Source of the DNA: an uncultured Acidobacteriota bacterium
GTDB taxonomy: Bacteria > Acidobacteriota > Terriglobia > UBA7540
Length of the DNA: 64,000 nt
Assembly (NCBI GenBank): GCA_963804995.1
Contig: CAWDSK010000006.1
Coordinates: 1,024,001 to 1,088,000, forward strand
Direction: 5' to 3'
Shown: piece after piece, positions 61,794 through 64,000 of the stretch
How the letters are laid out: each line of letters starts with the position of its first letter
Position numbering within the stretch: position 1 is the stretch's first letter
The notes under the pieces: generated by a model
Seen by the model: the letters and a program-made list of their open reading frames with translations, nothing else
Database searches by the model: none
Told to the model about the DNA's origin: nothing
Translations under genes and position numbers: made by a program

Positions 61794-64000
61794 CTAGTTG
61801 ATAGTCGGTCCGTCCTGATTCTGCCGGTGGCGTGGGTCACCGAGTGTCTTGAGCGACCGGACAAACGCCCGCACGATTTCAGGGTCAAACTGGGTACCGG
61901 AGCAGCGGTACAATTCCTCAATAGCTTCCTCCAAGGTGCGTCCGCGCTTATAGGCACGCTCAGAAACCATGGTATCGAAGCAATCCGCCACGGTGAGGAT
62001 GCGCGCGCCCAGCGGAATTTTCTCACCCTTCAGCCGGTCGGGGTAACCCGTGCCATCGACCATCTCATGGTGGTGCCGCACCATGCCCCGAATGCTCTCA
62101 ATCGCCTTCACCTTGAGTGGCTCCAGGATTTTCGCGCCCAGCGCAGCGTGGCTCTTCATCAGGTCAAACTCTTCCGGCGTCAGACGCGAGGGCTTGTTGA
62201 GGACCATTTCCGGCACGCCGATTTTGCCGATGTCGTGAAGGATGCCGGCCAGTCGAACTTCTTCAATCTGCGGACTAGCCAAGCCAATCTCTTGCGCGAT
62301 CTGCGCTGCCAGGCGCGCCACCGCCTGCGAATGGCCTTGCGTATAGTGGTCCTTGGCGTCAATGGCAAACGCCAGGGCGGCGACGGTATCGAACAGCGAG
62401 GGCGCATCCCCATTGCCCTTCAGCGTTACCTGCTGGAAGTGTTCCAGGTAATGATTGAAAGCCTCAGGCCCGGTTGAGAACATGCGCTTCATGGTCACGC
62501 CGAGGTAGGCTTCCACCAACTGGTGCTCCCAATCAGCCTGTGGGGCTTCCACCGTCCGGGAGGCCACCCGCACCCGGTTTCCCTCCTGATGCTTGGCCAG
62601 GTACATACCGGAATCGGCCACGCGCAGGATCTCCTCCTGTGTCGGCCCGTGAACCGGGAAGGTGGCGATGCCGAAGCTCGCCGTCACTCCGTGTGCAGCC
62701 AGAAAACGGTCTGATTCCAGACGGCCGCGCAGACGCTCCGCCAGGATTTCCGCCTGGTCGGTGCGCGTCTCCGGCATAAGAATGGCAAACTCATCGCCGC
62801 CATAGCGCGCCACCACGTTCGCTTGCCGCACGTAGTCGTTAAGCAGTTGGGCAACGGCATTCAACACCTTGTCGCCTTGCAGGTGGCCGTATCGGTCGTT
62901 CACCCGCTTGAAGCCATCCAGATCCATCATGATGAGGGAGAGCAGATGGCCTGAACGCGTCGAACGCCGCCACTCGCGGTCGAGCGCCTCCATAAAGTAA
63001 CGATGAGTTTTCAGCCCGGTCAGCCCGTCCGTGATGGCCTGTTCCAACGCCACCTGATAGGCACGCGCGTTGTGCAGCGCAATGGCGAGCTGGTCCGCCA
63101 GGGTGCGCAGGGTGAGCACGTCGTGCTGCGCGAAAGCGTATTCGCGGCGACTCTCCAGGCTGAGCACTCCCATCAATCCCTCGCGGTACTTCAGAGGCAG
63201 GCTGAGCGCCGCCCGAATGCCCGGATGGAGGGCCACATAACGCGGTTCCTTCACCACGGAGTTGGCCAGAACCACCTCGCCGCTTTCCGCCGCCACTCCC
63301 GCCAACCCTTCGCCCAGGCGAGTGCGGCGGCCCACCAAATCCGCGCCGTACCCGGCTTCGGCCTCGACCACCAATTCTTCGCGCCCCGGGTCCGGGATCT
63401 CGATGCGCACCATGTCATACCCGAAGGCGTCTCGAACCTGCCGGCAGATGGTAGGCAGCAGCTCAATGGGATCCAGCACTAAGCTGGCTTTGCGGCCCAG
63501 ATCGTTGAGCAGGGCCAAGTGGCTGGCCCGCCGCTGTTCCCGCTTGAAAAGCCGGGCGTTCTCAATGGCGCCCGCCACTTCCTCGGCCAGCACTTGCACC
63601 AGGTCAAACTGCTGCTTGGTGATGGCAAGCTCGCGCTCGAAGTCGGCGAGCGACAGCACGCCCATGGAGCCATCGGAGAAATGCACCGGCACGCCGCACC
63701 AGGTGCGGATGCCCGGGCTCATCGGGGCCAGCCCCAGACGGCGTGTAGTTCCTGGAATGTCAACCGCCACCAGCAAAGGCACGCGCGTGCGTTGCACGTA
63801 CTGGGCAAGCGAGCTGGCTGGCGATCCCGGCGCCGCAGACTGAGGTCCGGCGTCCTCAAACGGGACCACAACCTCCAGCGAGCCTTCCGCCGTGTCCTGC
63901 AAGGCCAGACTGAAGTTTGTGCCGCCCATCAGGCCGGTCAGTTCGCCGCGCAGGATTTCCATCTGGGCGTTCAGGTCAAAGGTGGCGCGCAGGGACTCGG
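61794..64000 (-). CDS. GAF-GAF-GGDEF-HD-GYP c-di-GMP turnover protein (5' truncated by window edge)
   Basis: Two GAF-like domains, RYGGDEF, LHDIGK and HHEMVDGTGYP. Confidence 0.93.
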   Translation of the reverse strand, partial: ESLRATFDLNAQMEILRGELTGLMGGTNFSLALQDTAEGSLEVVVPFEDAGPQSAAPGSPASSLAQYVQRTRVPLLVAVDIPGTTRRLGLAPMSPGIRTWCGVPVHFSDGSMGVLSLADFERELAITKQQFDLVQVLAEEVAGAIENARLFKREQRRASHLALLNDLGRKASLVLDPIELLPTICRQVRDAFGYDMVRIEIPDPGREELVVEAEAGYGADLVGRRTRLGEGLAGVAAESGEVVLANSVVKEPRYVALHPGIRAALSLPLKYREGLMGVLSLESRREYAFAQHDVLTLRTLADQLAIALHNARAYQVALEQAITDGLTGLKTHRYFMEALDREWRRSTRSGHLLSLIMMDLDGFKRVNDRYGHLQGDKVLNAVAQLLNDYVRQANVVARYGGDEFAILMPETRTDQAEILAERLRGRLESDRFLAAHGVTASFGIATFPVHGPTQEEILRVADSGMYLAKHQEGNRVRVASRTVEAPQADWEHQLVEAYLGVTMKRMFSTGPEAFNHYLEHFQQVTLKGNGDAPSLFDTVAALAFAIDAKDHYTQGHSQAVARLAAQIAQEIGLASPQIEEVRLAGILHDIGKIGVPEMVLNKPSRLTPEEFDLMKSHAALGAKILEPLKVKAIESIRGMVRHHHEMVDGTGYPDRLKGEKIPLGARILTVADCFDTMVSERAYKRGRTLEEAIEELYRCSGTQFDPEIVRAFVRSLKTLGDPRHRQNQDGPTIN

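Overview
GC-rich bacterial chromosomal segment, probably Acidobacteriota/Terriglobia (inferred from gene order and protein style, not from a search). The core blocks are: acyl-CoA carboxylase genes (carboxyltransferase, biotin carboxylase, biotin carrier); a SurA-like PPIase, rpmB, a RidA-family gene and relA/spoT; tgt-yajC-secD-secF-tonB-exbB-exbD-exbD-TPR; dnaG-rpoD; thiO; and several secreted or Tat-exported enzymes. Four accessory patches interrupt them: (i) ~2.7-8.2 kb, a REP-associated Y1 transposase with REP arrays, an internally deleted copy of itself, three hypothetical genes and a BrnT/BrnA-type TA pair; (ii) ~15.3-20.2 kb, a short atypical Mre11/Rad50 (SbcD/SbcC) pair plus a four-copy promoter-like repeat array; (iii) ~24.4-29.6 kb, a LexA-like repressor, a large N6-adenine methyltransferase, an HNH nuclease and a truncated DUF3800-like gene; (iv) ~58.5-61.7 kb, three PIN-toxin TA loci whose toxins are all broken. 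Intergenic DNA is full of REP/REPIN/MITE-like families, some nested inside others, and one heptamer palindrome sits inside tgt. The best candidates for an undescribed system are the LexA-controlled MTase+HNH operon and an ECF sigma factor paired with a membrane protein carrying a SecD P1-head-like domain. Five genes carry +1 frameshifts in similar sequence contexts, most likely systematic sequencing errors. No rRNA, tRNA or CRISPR array was recognised.
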